From positions 32,001 through 96,000 of the forward strand of contig CAVYXA010000001.1 in the NCBI GenBank assembly GCA_963772365.1: 64,000 nt of DNA, read 5' to 3'. The translations under genes were made by a program, and so were the position numbers. Positions 1-12,407 of the stretch are shown piece after piece. Origin of the DNA: an uncultured Verrucomicrobiae bacterium. GTDB lineage: Bacteria > Verrucomicrobiota > Verrucomicrobiia > Chthoniobacterales > UBA10450. The notes below the pieces were generated by a model. It saw only the letters and a list, made by a program, of their open reading frames with translations. It searched no databases and was not told the DNA's origin. How positions within the stretch are numbered: the stretch's first letter is position 1; each line of letters begins with the position of its first letter.

Positions 1-55
1 CCCTCCGGCGCGGACGCGAGACAGCCATCTTCGCGGCCTCGTCCGGCGCGGAACC

Positions 56-628
56 TCAGGGACCCTCGTCGACAGAATCTCCATTCCCACTTCCCGAAGT
101 GACGTGGATCACGGCTTCCTCATTCGTGTCACGGTGCCCAGGCATGGCGCAGTAGATCGTGTAGTCCCTTCCGGCTTCGAGTCTTACCTCGGCGTGACTC
201 GGAGACTCCTCCGTCGCGAAGAGCCTGACGTCCACGAGCGCCGGATCATCGAAAGCGAGAACGTGGGAGCCTCCTGCGCTCGTGAAATCGATCTCGTTCA
301 AGCCGGGCGCTGTCGTGTACGTCTTCGCTTGGAACCTGAGCTCCGGCAACGCCTCGATGCTCAGGTGCGCCACGGGCACCTGAGCTTCCCGACTCGCAAT
401 CGGAGCTCGTTCGTCTCCACGCAACGCGAAGACGAGACCAGCCAGGCCAACGAACACCACAACGAGTGCCGCGGCCGCGACAAGATGACGGGAACGCCTT
501 GGGTGGTCGTCGACGTCCATGATCGTGGTGCTCGGATCGAAAGGCTCGACGATGTCGGACACCTCCATCGCCTTGACACGGAGCGTCTCGACAAGGAGTG
601 GTTCGATCTCGGTCTCGGTCAGTTTCAT
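56..628 (-). CDS. Membrane-anchored cupredoxin-domain protein, putative anti-sigma partner
   Basis: Single TM helix (LVAAAALVVVFVGLAGLVFAL); C-terminal YCAMPGH motif plus upstream His (GGSHVL); start overlaps the stop of the ECF sigma. Confidence 0.65.
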   Translation of the reverse strand: MKLTETEIEPLLVETLRVKAMEVSDIVEPFDPSTTIMDVDDHPRRSRHLVAAAALVVVFVGLAGLVFALRGDERAPIASREAQVPVAHLSIEALPELRFQAKTYTTAPGLNEIDFTSAGGSHVLAFDDPALVDVRLFATEESPSHAEVRLEAGRDYTIYCAMPGHRDTNEEAVIHVTSGSGNGDSVDEGP

Positions 629-1070
629 CGCGTGAGTTCCCTCCGAAGGTCAGCGAGTCCACGGTGGACGCGTGCCCCGCGGTTCCGATGCGACAGCCCA
701 TGAGTTCGGCAATCTCTTCGTGACTCATGTCCTCGTAGTAGCGGAGGACGAGTGCAGCTCGACGGTTCGGCTTCAAGGTCGAGAGCACATCCCAGACGAG
801 ATCGATCTCGGCGGTGCCGGTGCGGTCCCGCAGCTTGAGAGCGTCGAGCCCGGCCGCTTCGACGGCCGCGTGACGACGCCACGACAGGCAGAGACGCACG
901 ACCGTCGTCCGCAAGAAGCCGCCCGGATTCGCGACGTCGTCGAAGTGTTGGAAGAGGCGCACAAAGGCCTCTTGGCTGATCTCTTCGGCGATCGTGTGCG
1001 ATCCGACGATGAGGAAGGCAGTGCGAACCACCCGTGTCCTCGACTCTGAATAGACGTCGTCGAAGGTCAT
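625..1070 (-). CDS. ECF (SigE-type) RNA polymerase sigma factor, frameshifted near 680
   Basis: MTFDDVY..AEEISQEAFVRL region 2; RRAALVLRYYEDMSHEEIAELMG region 4; the end RVHRGLADLRREL is in another frame. Confidence 0.85.
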
Positions 1071-1251
1071 GGGGGCCGCTTGGGAGTCGGTCGGAGTCAA
1101 CCCGGTCACGCACGTATTGACGCACAGGTCTCTCGGAACGTTCCCGATTGCTCCTGCTCCGGCTCCTTGCACCGCTCGACGAGGAATGAGTTCGCCACAG
1201 GCGACCCTCGCCCGATTGACGGGTTGGGACAACAGCAACCATCCTGCCGGG

Positions 1252-2103
1252 ATGGCGATCGCGAACCACGGTGACGTCGAGCTCTTCTTCGAGACGTTCG
1301 GCGCCGCCACCGACCCGATGCTGCTGCTGATCAACGGGCTCGGTTCGCAGTGCATCAACTACGACGAGCGATGGTGCGAGAAGTTCGCGGCGCAGGGCTA
1401 CCGAGTGATCAGGTTCGACAACCGTGACACCGGCTTGTCGTCAAAGCTCGACGGGCGCACGTACTCGCTGCGGGACATGGCCGGCGACGCCGTCGCGGTG
1501 CTCGACGCGGTGAACGCAACACGTGCCCACGTCCTGGGCGTGTCGATGGGCGGGATGATCGTCGCAACGGCTCGCGATCGATCATGGCAATCGGCTGCTC
1601 ACGCTCACGTCCGTGATGTCGACGACGGGCGAAGCCGAGTACGGGAAGAGCTCGCCGGAAGCCCTCGCGGTGTTGATGGCTCCGCCCGCCCGCACTCGCG
1701 ACGAGTACGTCGAGAACCAGGTCGCCGCGCGACGGGTCTACGGCTCGAAGCCGGAGTGGTTCGACGAGCGGTACCTGCGAGCCCGTTCCGCGCGGGCGTT
1801 CGACCGTTGCTACTGCCCCGCCGGCGTCGGCCGTCAGATGCAGGCGATCATGAGCGACGGCGATCGAGCCGACGGCCTTGCGAGCGTTGACCATCCCGAC
1901 TCTTGTCATCCACGGTGATCGCGACACGCTGATCGATCCGAGCGGAGGCCGCCGCACCGCCGAGCTGGTTCCCGGCGCGCGCTACGTCGAGATCGAAGGC
2001 ATGGGCCACGACTACCCGGTCTGAGGTCTGGGACCGTTGGGTCGGAACGTGGGCCGACTTCGTTCGATCGGTCCCAGGAGAAACACCTAGCGCCCCCAAC
2101 TGA
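1252..2103 (+). CDS. Alpha/beta fold hydrolase (frameshifted)
   Basis: VIRFDNRDTGLS, nucleophile elbow GVSMGG, PTLVIHGDRD and GMGHD across three frames. Confidence 0.85.
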
Positions 2104-2171
2104 CCCCTTTCGGCGTGACTTGCACCCCCTCGAGGGGGTGTAACTCACGCCGAAACGTGATCTTGGCCGGG

Positions 2172-3112
2172 CTACTTGGCGGCGGTGGGGGCGACGAGGC
2201 CGCCGATGCCGTGGGTGACCGGGAGCGGGGTCGCGACGAGGAGGCACTCGTAGACGCCGTCGGACCGCGCAGTCGGCGGCGAGCTCGTCGAGCTGCCCAC
2301 TGCTGACCCTGGGGCAGCCCCATGTCGCGCAGATCGATCATGTGCACCGGGAAGAGGAACGGGTTGGCACCCGTCCCGGGATACGGCTCGAACGTGTGCG
2401 TGTCGGTGGCGATCGCGGCGACGTCGTTGTCGTGCAACCACTCGAGCGACTCCACGCCGACGCCGGGCGAGATGTCGGCGTAGCGGTGGCGGTCGCCCGA
2501 CCGCGAGCCAGTGCAGCTGGCCGGTCCGCACGAGCACGACGTCGCCCGGCTCGACGGTCAGGCCCGCGTCGCGCACGCACGCGCTCGAGGTCATCGCCGG
2601 TGATGGAGTACGGCTCGTCGAACCAGTCGACGCCCTTCAGCCGGGCGACGTCGCACACGAGTCCCGCGCGTCACGATCGGGCCGAACGTCTCGATGCCGA
2701 GCTTGGTCGCGCCGTGCTCCATCGTGATCACGGTGCTCGGGGTGTCGTTGTAGAGCAGGTCGTCGTAGCCGGCGTGCGCGAGCGCGTCCCAGTGCGTCGC
2801 CGACTGCAGGCCGGTCTCGATCTTGTCGTCGCTCGTCTGGAAGTCGCCGGATCGCCGGTGAACGCGAACGACGCGACGGTCATCGTCGTGGTTCGGGTTC
2901 TCGCGGCCCATGACCCGCCCGGTCTGCGGCCCGTCGGCGTGCATCGGGATCGACAGCGAGAACGACGCACCCCGCCGCACCGCGCCGCACCCGCGGCTGC
3001 ACCGCGGCGGCGTCGATCAGGTTCAGCGTCCCCCGCTGGTCGTCGGGCTCCCCACCGCCCCCAGTTCGAGACCCGGGCGGCGAGCGCCTTCGAGCTCGTC
3101 GGTCAGCGGCAC
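2172..3112 (-). CDS. Cyclase family (kynurenine formamidase-like) protein, frameshifted
   Basis: DDQRGTLNLI, QSATHWDALAH, GDVVLVRTG, AIATDTHTFE motifs spread over frames. Confidence 0.8.
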
Positions 3113-4713
3113 GGCGCCTCCTCACGACGGTCCGCGTACTGCTTGCGCAGCTCGTGCTTGAGGACCTTGCCGGTGGGGTTGCGCGGGAGCACGTCGACGA
3201 TCTCGAGCTGCTCGGGGATCTTCTGCATCATCAGGCCCGGCGTCCTTGCAGGAACTCGAACAGCTCGGCCAGCGTCGGCGGGTCGCCGGGTCCGCCGGCA
3301 CGACGACCGCGCACGCCCGCTCGCCCGAGCGTCGGGTCGGGCAGGCCGATCACCGCGACGTCGGCGACCTTCGGGTGCGTGAACAGGAGGTCCTCGACCT
3401 CCTTGGCCGAGATGTTCTCGCCCTTGCGGATGATGATGTCCTTCAGCCGGCCGGTGATCGACGACGTGCCCGTCGCTCGTCGAGCGATGCCGAGGTCGCC
3501 GGTGCGGAAGTAGCCCTCCTCGTCGAACGCCTCGGCGTCGAGCGACGCGTCGAGGTAGCCCGTGCATCAGCTGCGGGCCCTTGGCGCGGATCTCGCCCTC
3601 CTCGCCCGGCACCGGCGACCGTGCCGTCGAGCTTCACGACCTTGAGCTCGACGCCGGGCACGCGGCCGCCCTCGGTGTCGGCGAGCTCCTCGTCGGTGTC
3701 GTGGACGCCGCGCCATCGTGAGGATCGGGCGCCTCGGTGAGGCCGTAGCCCGACACGATGCCGACGCCGCCGAGCTCCTCCTTCATCTCGTAGTGCAGCT
3801 GCGGCGGCTTCGGCGCGCGCCGCCACCGAGGAAGCGCGCGGACGTCCGGGAACAGCGGCTCGTCCGGGCTGCGTCGCGCTGCGCGGCGAGGTACGCCAGG
3901 TGGAACGCCGTGCCCGCACCGGCGAGCGTGACGCGCTCGCGCTGCGAGCACCGGGATCGTCGTCGCCGGGACGAACCCCTCGACGAGCACGTGCACGTAG
4001 CCGCCGCATCAGCAGCCGCGAACAGCCAGCCGATCCCGCCGATGTGCGTGAACGGGAACACGAGCGCGTTGCGGTCGTCCGGCGTCATCGTCGAGCGCCG
4101 ACCATGCCGTTCGCCGCCGCCTTGATGGTCGTGTCGGTGTGCCGCGCGCCCTTCGGATCGGCGGTCGTGCCCGACGTGTAGAAGAACCAGCGCACGGGCC
4201 GTCGGTCGTCACTCCGGGTCGACGGCTCGGCGGGCGCGGCGGCGAGCGTCGACGGGTCGCCCTCGGGCAGGCTCCTGGTCGCAGACGAGCACCTCGAGGC
4301 CGGGCGTGCCGGCCGCGATCGCGCGCGCCATCGCCTCGTAGTCGAAGCCGCGCCACACCGCCGGGCACGATGAGCAGCTTCGCGCCGGTCTGCTTCGGTG
4401 ATGAAGCCGACCTCGCGCTCGCGGTAGATCGGCAGCATCGGGTTCTGCATCGCGCCGAGGCGCGCCAGCGCGCCGACGAGCACCATCGACTCGAGCCACG
4501 TCGGCAGCTGCCACGACACGTCGTGCCCTCGCCGATCCCGAGCTGCGGCAAGCCGGCCGCGGCGCGCTCGGCCGCGTCGCGGTACTCGGCGAAGGTGAGC
4601 GTGCGCCCGTTCTCGTCGATCGCCGAACACGCGCGTCGGGCGTCGCCGCGGCCCGCTGCTCGATCAGGTCCCAGAGCGAGGTCCAGCTCGGTGAGTCCAC
4701 GCTCGTCGCTCAC
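3103..4713 (-). CDS. AMP-binding acyl-CoA ligase (frameshifted)
   Basis: YTSGTTADPKG A3 motif, SGYGLTEAP, GEIRAKGPQLM, LPRNPTGKVLK. Confidence 0.85.
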
Positions 4714-4733
4714 TGTCGGGAAGCCTCCCCCGT

Positions 4734-5490
4734 AGGTGACCGCCGCCGTCGATGGAGACGATCGAGCCGATCATGTAGCGCGCCGTCGTCGGACGCGACG
4801 TAGCGCGATGCAGCCCGCGACCTCCTCGGGCTCGGAGACGCCGATCGGCGACATGACCGGGCGCAGCACGTCGAAGTCGCGCCCTCGGGCAGGCGGAAGC
4901 CCTTGGTGAGCGGCGTGCGCATCCCGCCGGGCGCGACGCAGTTCACCCGCACACCCGCGGTCCAGGAACTCGACCGCCAGCGCCCGGGTCAGGTTGACGA
5001 CGCCGCCCTTCGACGCGCAGTACGCGGCGCTGAAGGGCTGGCCCATGAGCCCGGCGTTCGACGCGATGTTGACGATCGTGCCGCCGCCGTCGAGCAGGTG
5101 CGGGAGCGTGTACCGGCACATCAGGAACGTGCCGGTGAGGTTCACGTTGATGATCGCGTTGACCAGCGGTTCGGGTCCTCCTCCTCGGTGCGGGCGAAGC
5201 CGCCGATGCCGGCGGAGTTCACGAGCACCTGCGGGCCGGCCGAGGTCCGACGGCGACGGCGGCGACCGCCGGCCTCGACCGAGCCGGGGTCGCTGACGTC
5301 GACGGCGTAGGCCCGCGGCTTGGCCCCGCCGTCGCCGAGCTCGGCGGCCACCGTCTCGGCGGCGTCGGCCGCCGAGGTCGAGCACCGCGACCTTGGCGCC
5401 CTCGCTCGGCGAAGCAGCTGCGCGGTCGCCCGGCCCGAGGCCGGAACCGCCACCGGTGACGATCGCGACTCGATCGGTGAAACGCGCCAT
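4734..5490 (-). CDS. SDR family NAD(P)-dependent oxidoreductase (frameshifted)
   Basis: TGGGSGLG, LVNSAG, YCASKGG catalytic YxxxK, RVNCVAPG. Confidence 0.85.
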
Positions 5491-5695
5491 GTGCTTTGGC
5501 CCCCAAAGGTCTTGTGTGCTGATGGGCGGACCGTCGTGGCCCGGGCTGCGGAATCTAACGAAGCCGGCCCCGAGCCGCACACGCAAGGCGACCTCCGCAA
5601 AACTCAGGGGTTCAGCGCGCCCCGGGACGTGCCGATCGGATGGGGCGCACAGCGACCACCGCATCGGGGCTGCGGTCGAGGGAGATCGCATCGAC

Positions 5696-6688
5696 ATGAG
5701 CATCGCCGGGTGGGACACACGCGGGGACCGGCCGCGATCGGCGCGCTGGCTGCGGCACCCTCTTCGTGTGCGGCTCGACCCTGTCGCTCGTGTCGCTCGC
5801 CCTGCCCCACTGGCACCAGCAGGACACCGAGGCGACGGCGATCTGCGCGCTCCTCGGCTATCCGATGGCGCTGCTCCTCTTCCGGTTCGGCGCGCGCCTG
5901 CCCCGGATCGCGTTCCACGTGCTGCTCGCGATCGGCACGCTGATCATCACCGCGCGGCGTGTACTTCGGGCACAACGGGGGCGGGTCGCTCACCGCGTCC
6001 GTCTTCTACATCTGGGTCGCGCTCTACGCCTTCAACTTCTTCTCCCGCCCCGTCGCGGCGCTGCACCTCGTCTGGGTCGGCCTCTGCTACGGGACCATGC
6101 TCGCGATCCAGGACGTCGAGGGCGGCCCCGCGCTCTGGTCGCTCGTCGTCGGCACCGCGGTGGCGTCCGGCCTGGTCGTCGCGTCGCTCGTCGAGGAGGT
6201 GCGGACGGTCGCCCGCCGCGACGGGCTCACCGGCCTCTGGAACCGTCGCGCCCTCGAGGAGGATCTCGAGCGGCTGCTCGCGCACCGCCACCCGCGAGGA
6301 CTTCGGCGTCGTGTTCGCGATCCTCGACATCGATCACTTCAAGCGCTGCAACGACAGCGTCGGCCACCACGGAGCGGACGACGTCCTCATGCGCCTGGCC
6401 CAGGCCTGGAGCGCCGAGCTGCGGCCGTCGGACTCGCTGGCCCGGTTCGGTGGCGACGAGTTCGCGATCGTCTTCCCCCGCAGCACCCAGACCGAGGCGG
6501 TCGCGGTGCTCGAACGCCTCCGTGCCGCGGTACCGAGTCCGATCACGTTCTCCGCCGGGGTCAGCGCCTGGCGCCCGGGCGAGCCCGCGGACGTCTTCGA
6601 AGGGCGCGCCGACGCGCTCCTGTACCAGGCCAAGCGCGAGGGCCGGAACCGGATCGTCGCGTCGACGTTCGCACCGGACCCCGTCTGA
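5696..6688 (+). CDS. Membrane GGDEF diguanylate cyclase (frameshifted; start uncertain)
   Basis: Several TM segments, DGLTGLWNRR, DIDHFKRCND, RFGGDEF. Confidence 0.85.
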   Translation: MSIAGWDTRGDRPRSARWLRHPLRVRLDPVARVARPAPLAPAGHRGDGDLRAPRLSDGAAPLPVRRAPAPDRVPRAARDRHADHHRAACTSGTTGAGRSPRPSSTSGSRSTPSTSSPAPSRRCTSSGSASATGPCSRSRTSRAAPRSGRSSSAPRWRPAWSSRRSSRRCGRSPAATGSPASGTVAPSRRISSGCSRTATREDFGVVFAILDIDHFKRCNDSVGHHGADDVLMRLAQAWSAELRPSDSLARFGGDEFAIVFPRSTQTEAVAVLERLRAAVPSPITFSAGVSAWRPGEPADVFEGRADALLYQAKREGRNRIVASTFAPDPV

Positions 6689-6734
6689 CGTCGCCGACCC
6701 ACGCGGCTCCGGGACCGTTCGGACCCGGCCGGTA

Positions 6735-8260
6735 ATGTCCGCGGTCGTGAGTGCCGCGAACGACCGCCGACCTGCTGCGGGTCGCGGCGCGTCGAGCACC
6801 CCGACCGCGAGGCCTACGTCCACGGCGAGAAGCGCGTCACCTACGCCTGGCTCGACCGGGCCGCCGACGGGTTCGCCGCCACGCTGCTCGACCTCGGCGT
6901 GCGGCCCGGCGACGTCGTCTGCCTGATGCTCGGGTCCTCGATCAAGTTCGCCGCCTGCTACCTCGGCGCGCTGCGGGCCGGCGCCATCACCTCCGCGATC
7001 AACCTGCGGCTCGGCGTCAACGAGCAGGCGAGCATCCTCGACCGCACCCGACCCGCGTCGTGACCGTCCTCGGCGACGGCGCCGAGATCCCCGCCGGTGC
7101 CGACGCCGGGCAAGGTGCTCCACGTCTCCGAGCTCGGCACCGCGCTCGGCCGGGCGCCGCTCCCGCGACGGCTCTCCCGCGATCGCCGCCGACCGACCCC
7201 GCGTGCATCGTGTGGACGAGCGGCACCACCGGCGCGCCGAAGGGCGCGGTCTACGACCACGATCCGCATGGCCGCGATCTCGCGGAACATGGGCCAGCTC
7301 ACCGAGCCGGGCGACCGCCGGCTCGTCGTCCTCCCCTTCGCCCACGTCGGCTACATGACCCGCATGTGGGACGAGCTCGCGAACGGCACCACGATCGTGC
7401 TCGCCGGCGAGCCGTGGTCGGCGGCCGAGACGCTGCGCCTCATCCGCGAGGAGCACATCACGATGGGCACGGGCGTGCCGACGCAGTGGGAGCTGGTGCT
7501 CGCCCACCCCGACTCGCGCAGCACCGACTTCTCCCGGCTGCGGGTCTGCGGCATCGGCGGCGCGGCGATCTCGCCCGACCTCGTCCGCCGCATGCGCGAG
7601 GTGCTGGGCTGCCCGGTGATCAGCCGCTACACGAGCACCGAGGCCGGCGTCACCACCAGCACGGTCGATCGGCGACCCCGACGAGGTCGTCGCGACGACG
7701 GTCGGGCCGCGCCGTGCCCGAGGTCGAGCTGCGCATCGTCGACCCGGCTCCGGCGACCCGCGTCCCCGCCGGTGAGGTCGGCGAGATCGTCTGCCGGTCC
7801 CCCGCGATGATGCGCGGCTACTGGCGCGACCCCGAGCTCACCGCGACCGTCATCGACGCCGACGGCTGGCTGCACACCGGCGACCTCGGCACGGTCGACG
7901 AGGACGGCAACCTGCGCATCGTCGGCCGGCTCAAGGAGATGTACATCCGCGGCGGGTACAACGTGTACCCCGCCGAGGTGGAGGCGGTGCTGGCCGAGCA
8001 CCCGGCGATCGCCCAGGTCGCCGTGGTCGGGCTCCCGGATCCGGTGCTCGGCGAGGTCGGCGGCGTCTTCGCCGTCGCGGCCGACCCGGCGCACCCGCCG
8101 GAGCTCGCCGACCTGCGCGACTGGTGCCAGGCCCGGATCGCGGACTACAAGGCACCCGACCGGCTGGTCGTCGTCGACGACGCTGCCGGTGACCGCGATG
8201 CACAAGATCGACAAGGCGCGCCCTGCGCGCCATCTACGACACGACGGAGGAAACGTGAGC
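6735..8260 (+). CDS. Class I adenylate-forming enzyme / acyl-CoA ligase (frameshifted)
   Basis: WTSGTTGAPKG, GWLHTGDLG, RLKEMYIRGGYNVYPAEVE. Confidence 0.85.
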
Positions 8261-9095
8261 CCGAGCGAAGCGACAGTCGAGAAGCCGAAGCCGAACATCC
8301 AGGAGGTCGGCACCGGGCGACACCCGGGACAAGCCGATCAAGCTCGGTGGCGCGCTGGTGACGATGGTCGAGCCGCACAAGGGCCACGAGGTCGCGTACA
8401 ACCGCTGGTACGAGCGCGACCACTTCTACGCCGGGCTGCAAGATCGGCGCGTGGAACCTCGCGGGCACGCGCTTCGTCGCGACCCGCGAGTGCAAGGCGA
8501 AGCGCTACCCGGCCGACTCGCCGATCTGCCCCGACCCGACGTCGGGCTCCTACCTCGCCGTCTACTGGATCCTCGCCGGGCAAGTTCGGCGAGTGGATCC
8601 AGTGGGGCACCAACCAGGTCAACTGGCTGCACGCAGAACGGCCGCATGTTCCCGCACCGCGACCACATCCACACGCTCATGTACAAGTACCGCGGCGAGG
8701 TCCACGCCGACGCCGACGGCGTGCCGGCCGAGCTCGCGCTCGACCGCCGCTACCCCGGGCTCGTGCTCGTCATCGGCGAGCTGGCGGACGGCGTCAAGGA
8801 CACCCAGATCACCGAGTGGGTGCGTCCCGGCCGCTGCCGCCGCGGACCAGGTCGTGACCTTCACGCCGATCCCGCTGCTCGGCAACGCGCCGTCGGATGT
8901 GCCCCGGGACGAGGCCGCCGACCGCTTCTGCCACCTGTACTTCGTCGACGGCGACCCGGTCGAGATCTGGGACGAGCAGCTTCGCCGAGCCTCGGCGACG
9001 ACCTCGCGGCCACCGGCCTCGGCACGGTCGTGTTCGCGTCGCCGTTCCTCGGCACGATCGCCGGCACCGACACCTACACCGACCAGCTCTGGTAG
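8255..9095 (+). CDS. Conserved hypothetical protein, possibly EthD-like alpha/beta barrel (frameshifted)
   Basis: MVEPHKGHEVAYNRWYERDH ... GTDTYTDQLW; coding-like codon usage across frames. Confidence 0.55.
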
Positions 9096-9203
9096 CCCCG
9101 GACCATCTCCCGCGTGTGTTGCGTTCGGTTCCCTGAGGGACCCAAACGCAACAGACGGAGGGAGGGTCGGTAGCCTCACTGCCGTGCTCACCGCCAAAGG
9201 CCT

Positions 9204-9575
9204 ATGACGGACTCCCCTGACGCTGCGGACCCCGGGCGCCTCGAGCAGGAGATCGACGTCCGCTTCAGCTACGCCAACGAGCGCACGTTCCTCGCGTGGA
9301 ACCGCACCGCGCTCGCGCTGATCGCCACCGGTGTCGCCGCGACCCAGCTGCTCCCGAAGTTCGACGTGACGTTCGGGCGCCGCTTGCTCGGTCTTCCACT
9401 CATCGCCCTCGGTGCGGTCCTCGCGCTGACGAGCTACTCGCACTGGCAGGCCAACGAGCGGGCGATGCGGCGCGGTCAGCCACTGGTCCCGTCGCGGATG
9501 CCACTCGTGCTCTCGATCGGCGTCGGGGCCATCGCGATCGTCGCGGTGATCCTCGCGTTGTTCGAAGGTTCGTAG
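9204..9575 (+). CDS. YidH/DUF202 membrane protein
   Basis: RFSYANERTFLAWNRTALALI signature. Confidence 0.85.
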   Translation: MTDSPDAADPGRLEQEIDVRFSYANERTFLAWNRTALALIATGVAATQLLPKFDVTFGRRLLGLPLIALGAVLALTSYSHWQANERAMRRGQPLVPSRMPLVLSIGVGAIAIVAVILALFEGS

Positions 9576-9901
9576 TGGGCCGGGTCTTCGAACCGGACGA
9601 GCCCCTGGCCGGTGAGCGCACCGACCTGGCGTGGACCCGTTCCGGGATCGCGGTCGCGGTGTGCATCGGGGTCCTGGTCCGGCGGATCTGGCCGCTCCAC
9701 CGGACCGATCACCTCTTGGTGGTCGCCCTCATCGCACTCGGTGCCCTCGCCTGGGCGGTCGCGCTGCTACTGGCCCGGCGCATCTCCCGCACGACGCACG
9801 CCGGGCGCGACGTGATGGATGCGCACACGCTGCGCCTGCTCAGCGGAGGGACGTTCGTGCTCGCACTGGGTGCATTCGTGCTCGGGTCACTGCCGCCGTA
9901 G
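9575..9901 (+). CDS. DUF202 membrane protein
   Basis: LAGERTDLAWTRSG signature; GTG start overlaps upstream stop. Confidence 0.75.
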   Translation: MGRVFEPDEPLAGERTDLAWTRSGIAVAVCIGVLVRRIWPLHRTDHLLVVALIALGALAWAVALLLARRISRTTHAGRDVMDAHTLRLLSGGTFVLALGAFVLGSLPP

Positions 9902-9905
9902 GTCG

Positions 9906-11379
9906 CTACTCGGCGACGAACGAGCCTGCGCCGACGATGCGGACCGCGCGACCGACCCAGTCGACCTCGGTCATGGACGTCGCGATCGCCTGCTCACCCG
10001 ACCGGGCAACGGTTCTGCCACCGTCGACGTTCAGGATCGCGACCCGCGCGTGCCGGCTCACCACCGTCGAACACGACCGTGTGGGCGGCGACGGTCGCCG
10101 CACCGGTCGCATCCGGAAGCAGCTCGCGGACTCCGGTGCGCTCGATCGCGGTCTTCGTGACGTCGACGCTGCTGAAGCCCGCGGCCGGTGGCGACGCGGA
10201 CCACAGCGATGCTCCGGGCTTCGTGATCATCCCGCTCACCGACGTGCTCAGGCCGACCTCGCCCGGAGACTCGCGCAGGCGGCGGACCAGCGGCACCATC
10301 GCCTGGACCGCGGAGTGGTTCAGCGGGCCACCGCCGAAGGTCATGCCACCCGAGACCGTGAGCGGCGCGTCGATCGGCAGCCCGAGTGCCCGCGCCTGCA
10401 CCTGCACCGCGGCCGGAAAACAGCTGTAGAGGTCCACGATCGACGGCACGATCGCACCGGGCCCGGTCAGGCCGAGTGCTTCGACGACCGCCTCGAACGC
10501 GGGCCAGCGGTGCATCTCCGCCCGGCGCGGCAGCCAGACCATCTGGTTCGACTCGGCCGCCGCGTGCGCGAACACCTGTCGGTCCGACGCGACGCCGAGG
10601 TCGGCGGCGCGCTCGGCCGAGGTCACGATGATCGCCGCCGCCTGGTCGACGTTCCACTGCGAGCAGAGCAGCTTCGTGTACGGCATCGCGATCGACGCGG
10701 TTCCCCGGGCCGGGCGTACCGATCTCGTCTGCGGTCAACCCCCGCCGGTCCCACGCGTCGGGGTTGCCCGCCGCGACCGCAGCAAAGCGTGCCCACAGCT
10801 CGGCCACGTGCCGGCGCTGCTCGACCGGCGTGCGCCCTTCGTCGTGCGCGATCGCACTCTCGATCGAGGCGTACTGGTGCGCCGGCACCGCGAGCTCCCG
10901 CTCGATCTCCGTCCGCGAGAGGATCTCGCCGACCGGAGAGAGCACGTCGTCGGGGTCGCGCTCGCGACGGGTCCGGGTCCGTCAGCTCCAAGCCGACCTT
11001 CGCGGCGAGCAGCGATCGGTGCTTCGCTTCGGTGCCGCAGACGAGCACGACGTCCGCATCGCCATTCGCCACCGCTCCCGCCGCGCGGGTGAGCAGGGTC
11101 TGCTGGAGCACGCCGATGTCCGCGACGACGCTGCGCGGGTCGGAAGCGCCAAAGCGCTCGGCCACGACCCGTCCCGGGTCGCGGTACCCCCAGATCCCCC
11201 GCGGTACGAGGACGAGGTCGACCGCGCGCAGCACTCCCGCGACGCCCGCGTCCTCGCCCGCGCGCTGCGCCGCGACTGCCATGAGCTCGAGCGCGTCGAG
11301 CGCGTCGGCGACGTCCGAGGCGTGTTGGGTGACCGCACCGACCCCGACGACGACCGGCGCGCGCTGCGTCGATCGCCAT
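9906..11379 (-). CDS. Thiolase-like acetyl-CoA acetyltransferase family protein (frameshifted)
   Basis: NVDQAAAII, DLYSCFPAAVQ, LTVSGGMTFGGGPLN. Confidence 0.8.
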
Positions 11380-11382
11380 GCG

Positions 11383-12375
11383 CTACGCCGCGGGTCGGAT
11401 CCGCGGCATCACCTCGGACGCGAAGAGCTCGAGACTGGCCCACGACAGGTCAGGGGGCAGACCGCCGGCGAGCGGGTTGAACGTCAGCGCCCCCATCGCC
11501 GAGACCTTGCCCGCGGCTTCCACCACCTGGTCGGGCGTGCCGACGAGGTACTGGGGACTGCGCTTCAGGTCGTCGAGCGTCTCGGCGTCGACCATCGGCG
11601 TCGAGTGCTGGCCACCAGTCTGGAAGCCGGCGTACGTCTGCGCCTCGTACATGACGTACGGCGCGATCTCCTCCCACGCCCGTTCCGGGTCGTCGCTGAC
11701 GTGCACGAACGTCGGGCCCGATGGTGTCATCACGAAGCCACCCTCGAACCCGGTCTTCGCGGCTTCGTCGGCGTACCACTCGCTCAGCCTCGGATCCTCG
11801 TTCATCGGCATCATCGGCAGCTGCAGCCGCGCCGCGCGCCGTGCCGCGGCCTCCACCCCGCCACCGATGAGCAACGTCGGATGTGGCTGGCTGTACGGCT
11901 TCGGCGTCACCTTGATCGTGCGCCCCTGCCACTCGAACGGCTCACCGGTCCAGGCCTGGAGGATGACGCCGACGTACTCCTCGAGGAGCTTGCCCCGCTG
12001 CTTCAGGTCGGCCCCGCACATCTCGAACTCCTCGGGGCGGTATCCCGCGCCCGCGACCGTCCAGACGCGGCCCTTCGTCGCCTGGTCGAGCACCGCGATC
12101 TGCTCGGCGATCCGGACCGGGTCGTGCAAGGGGACGATCGACGCGCTGAGCAGCAGCGGGATGCGCTCGGTCATGCCCGCGATCACGCCCGCGATGGTCA
12201 GCGGCGCCGGCAGCCAGCCGTCGTCCAGACCGTGGTGCTCGGAGACGACCGCGAAGTCCCAACCCTGCTGGTCGGCCCAGCGGAACTGCTCCAGGGCAGC
12301 GGTGTAGATCTCGGCGGTGGAGGCCGGTCCCCAGTCGGGAGCCCGGAAGTCGTGGCGCATCACGATCATCGGCAT
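11383..12375 (-). CDS. LLM class flavin-dependent oxidoreductase
   Basis: VSEHHG, PLHDPVRIAEQIAVLD, GAGYRPEEF; intact frame. Confidence 0.9.
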   Translation of the reverse strand: MPMIVMRHDFRAPDWGPASTAEIYTAALEQFRWADQQGWDFAVVSEHHGLDDGWLPAPLTIAGVIAGMTERIPLLLSASIVPLHDPVRIAEQIAVLDQATKGRVWTVAGAGYRPEEFEMCGADLKQRGKLLEEYVGVILQAWTGEPFEWQGRTIKVTPKPYSQPHPTLLIGGGVEAAARRAARLQLPMMPMNEDPRLSEWYADEAAKTGFEGGFVMTPSGPTFVHVSDDPERAWEEIAPYVMYEAQTYAGFQTGGQHSTPMVDAETLDDLKRSPQYLVGTPDQVVEAAGKVSAMGALTFNPLAGGLPPDLSWASLELFASEVMPRIRPAA

Positions 12376-12407
12376 GGCGGAGCTCCTTCTGCGGGAGGCG
12401 GTGCGGG

